From assembly GCA_965222225.1 (NCBI GenBank), contig CBDCTK010000002.1, positions 928,001 to 992,000 on the forward strand: a stretch of 64,000 nt of DNA, in the 5' to 3' direction. The notes under the pieces were generated by a model. That model saw nothing but the letters and a program-made list of their open reading frames with translations. It made no database searches and was not told where the DNA came from. Shown here piece after piece: positions 63,229 through 64,000 of the stretch (position 1 is the first letter of the stretch; the number at the start of each line of letters is the position of its first letter). Origin of the DNA: Candidatus Poribacteria bacterium. Lineage in GTDB: Bacteria > Poribacteria > WGA-4E > JAJDTR01. Position numbers and translations under genes: made by a program.

Positions 63229-64000
63229 TCACGAACAGCGCGATTCACGCATTTCACTGTGAAGCCCCCTCCAGACGCAAACCGACATTCCCAATAGGAT
63301 AATGGCGAACGGGAGGCCAGCCGCGAGCGTGGCCGCCTGTAACGATTTTAGACCGCCGCCAAGCAGCAGCGCGATGGCGACCAGCCCCTCGACAGTACAC
63401 CAGAACACACGTTGCAGCACCGGAGTGTCAATCTTGCCGCCAGCTGCGATGAGGTCAATGATTAGGGGCCGGAGTCTGAGGAGGTAATGAAAAATACGAT
63501 TGTCAGAATTATCGCGACGGATGAAAGTAGTGTCATCATCGGAAATCTGTCAAACATTTTGAACAATGTAATTTCAAGATTCTGAGCTTCAACATTCTCG
63601 GCCACATCGGAATAACCGTCAACGAGATGCTGGTGGAGTGCAGTGCCGCCAAAGCCGCCGAACCACAATAAACATAACAACGTCGGCAAAAGGAGCACGA
63701 AGATTGTGAATTCTCGAACCGTGCGTCCTCTTGAAATGCGAGCAATGAATGGGCCAACGAACGGTGCCCAAGCAAGCCACCATGCCCAAGAGAACGTCGT
63801 CCAATCGTGCAAGAATCCGATATCTTCCCGCCCAATCCAGTTACTGAGTGGTACAATCATCGCTAGATAGCTACCAAACCCAGCCAACATACTGCGGAAA
63901 ATATAGCGCGTCGGGCCGAGGATGATAACAGTCAAGAGCAACAAAAACGCAAGAATTATGTTGAACTGGCTAAGACGCTTGATGCCCACATTAATACCGG
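63229..64000 (-). pseudogene. BCCT family (betaine/choline/carnitine) transporter, frameshifted near 63470, 5' part outside the window
   Basis: GIKRLSQFN, WTTFSWAWWLAWAPFVGPFIARISRGRTVREF, FFITSSDSG | QRVFW...GGL..LQAA...GLPF. Confidence 0.88.

Noticed and set aside
139-63870. Numerous 60-220 aa ORFs antisense to or overlapping well-supported genes
   Set aside because: Shadow frames without motifs or RBS.

Overview
Bacterial genomic window with a gene repertoire typical of Candidatus Poribacteria (inference). It has about ten signal-peptide LamG/ConA-like genes or remnants, eight with a C-terminal 'AVxPxxKLAxxWGxIK'-type motif, plus an FG-GAP protein with a Por/T9SS-like tail, a TPR-CRTAC1-DUF6785-like cluster and three PhyH-family dioxygenases. 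Sugar catabolism is heavily represented (Gfo/Idh/MocA, TIM-barrel isomerases, GH36, BNR/sialidase-like, SDRs, aldo/keto reductases). The region is a decaying mosaic with two apparently identical IS1595 copies, two IS1-family elements, two ISAs1 remnants, a group II intron RT remnant, many pseudogenes and an AT-rich type II restriction-modification islet. prpD and an unusual GlmU-like/ARMT1(DUF89) fusion are also present. The most unusual signal is a family of short, polar, modular inserts (GATCAAGCGA...GCGATAGA(A/G)ATCCC) found at least six times, at deletion junctions, inside REP-like hairpins and as a clean 35-nt insertion in an ISAs1 transposase codon pair. A perfect sigma70 promoter followed by a highly structured, switch-like leader of about 240 nt precedes the main LamG array. 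No rRNA, tRNA or CRISPR array was seen. All family assignments come from motif recognition by eye, not database searches.
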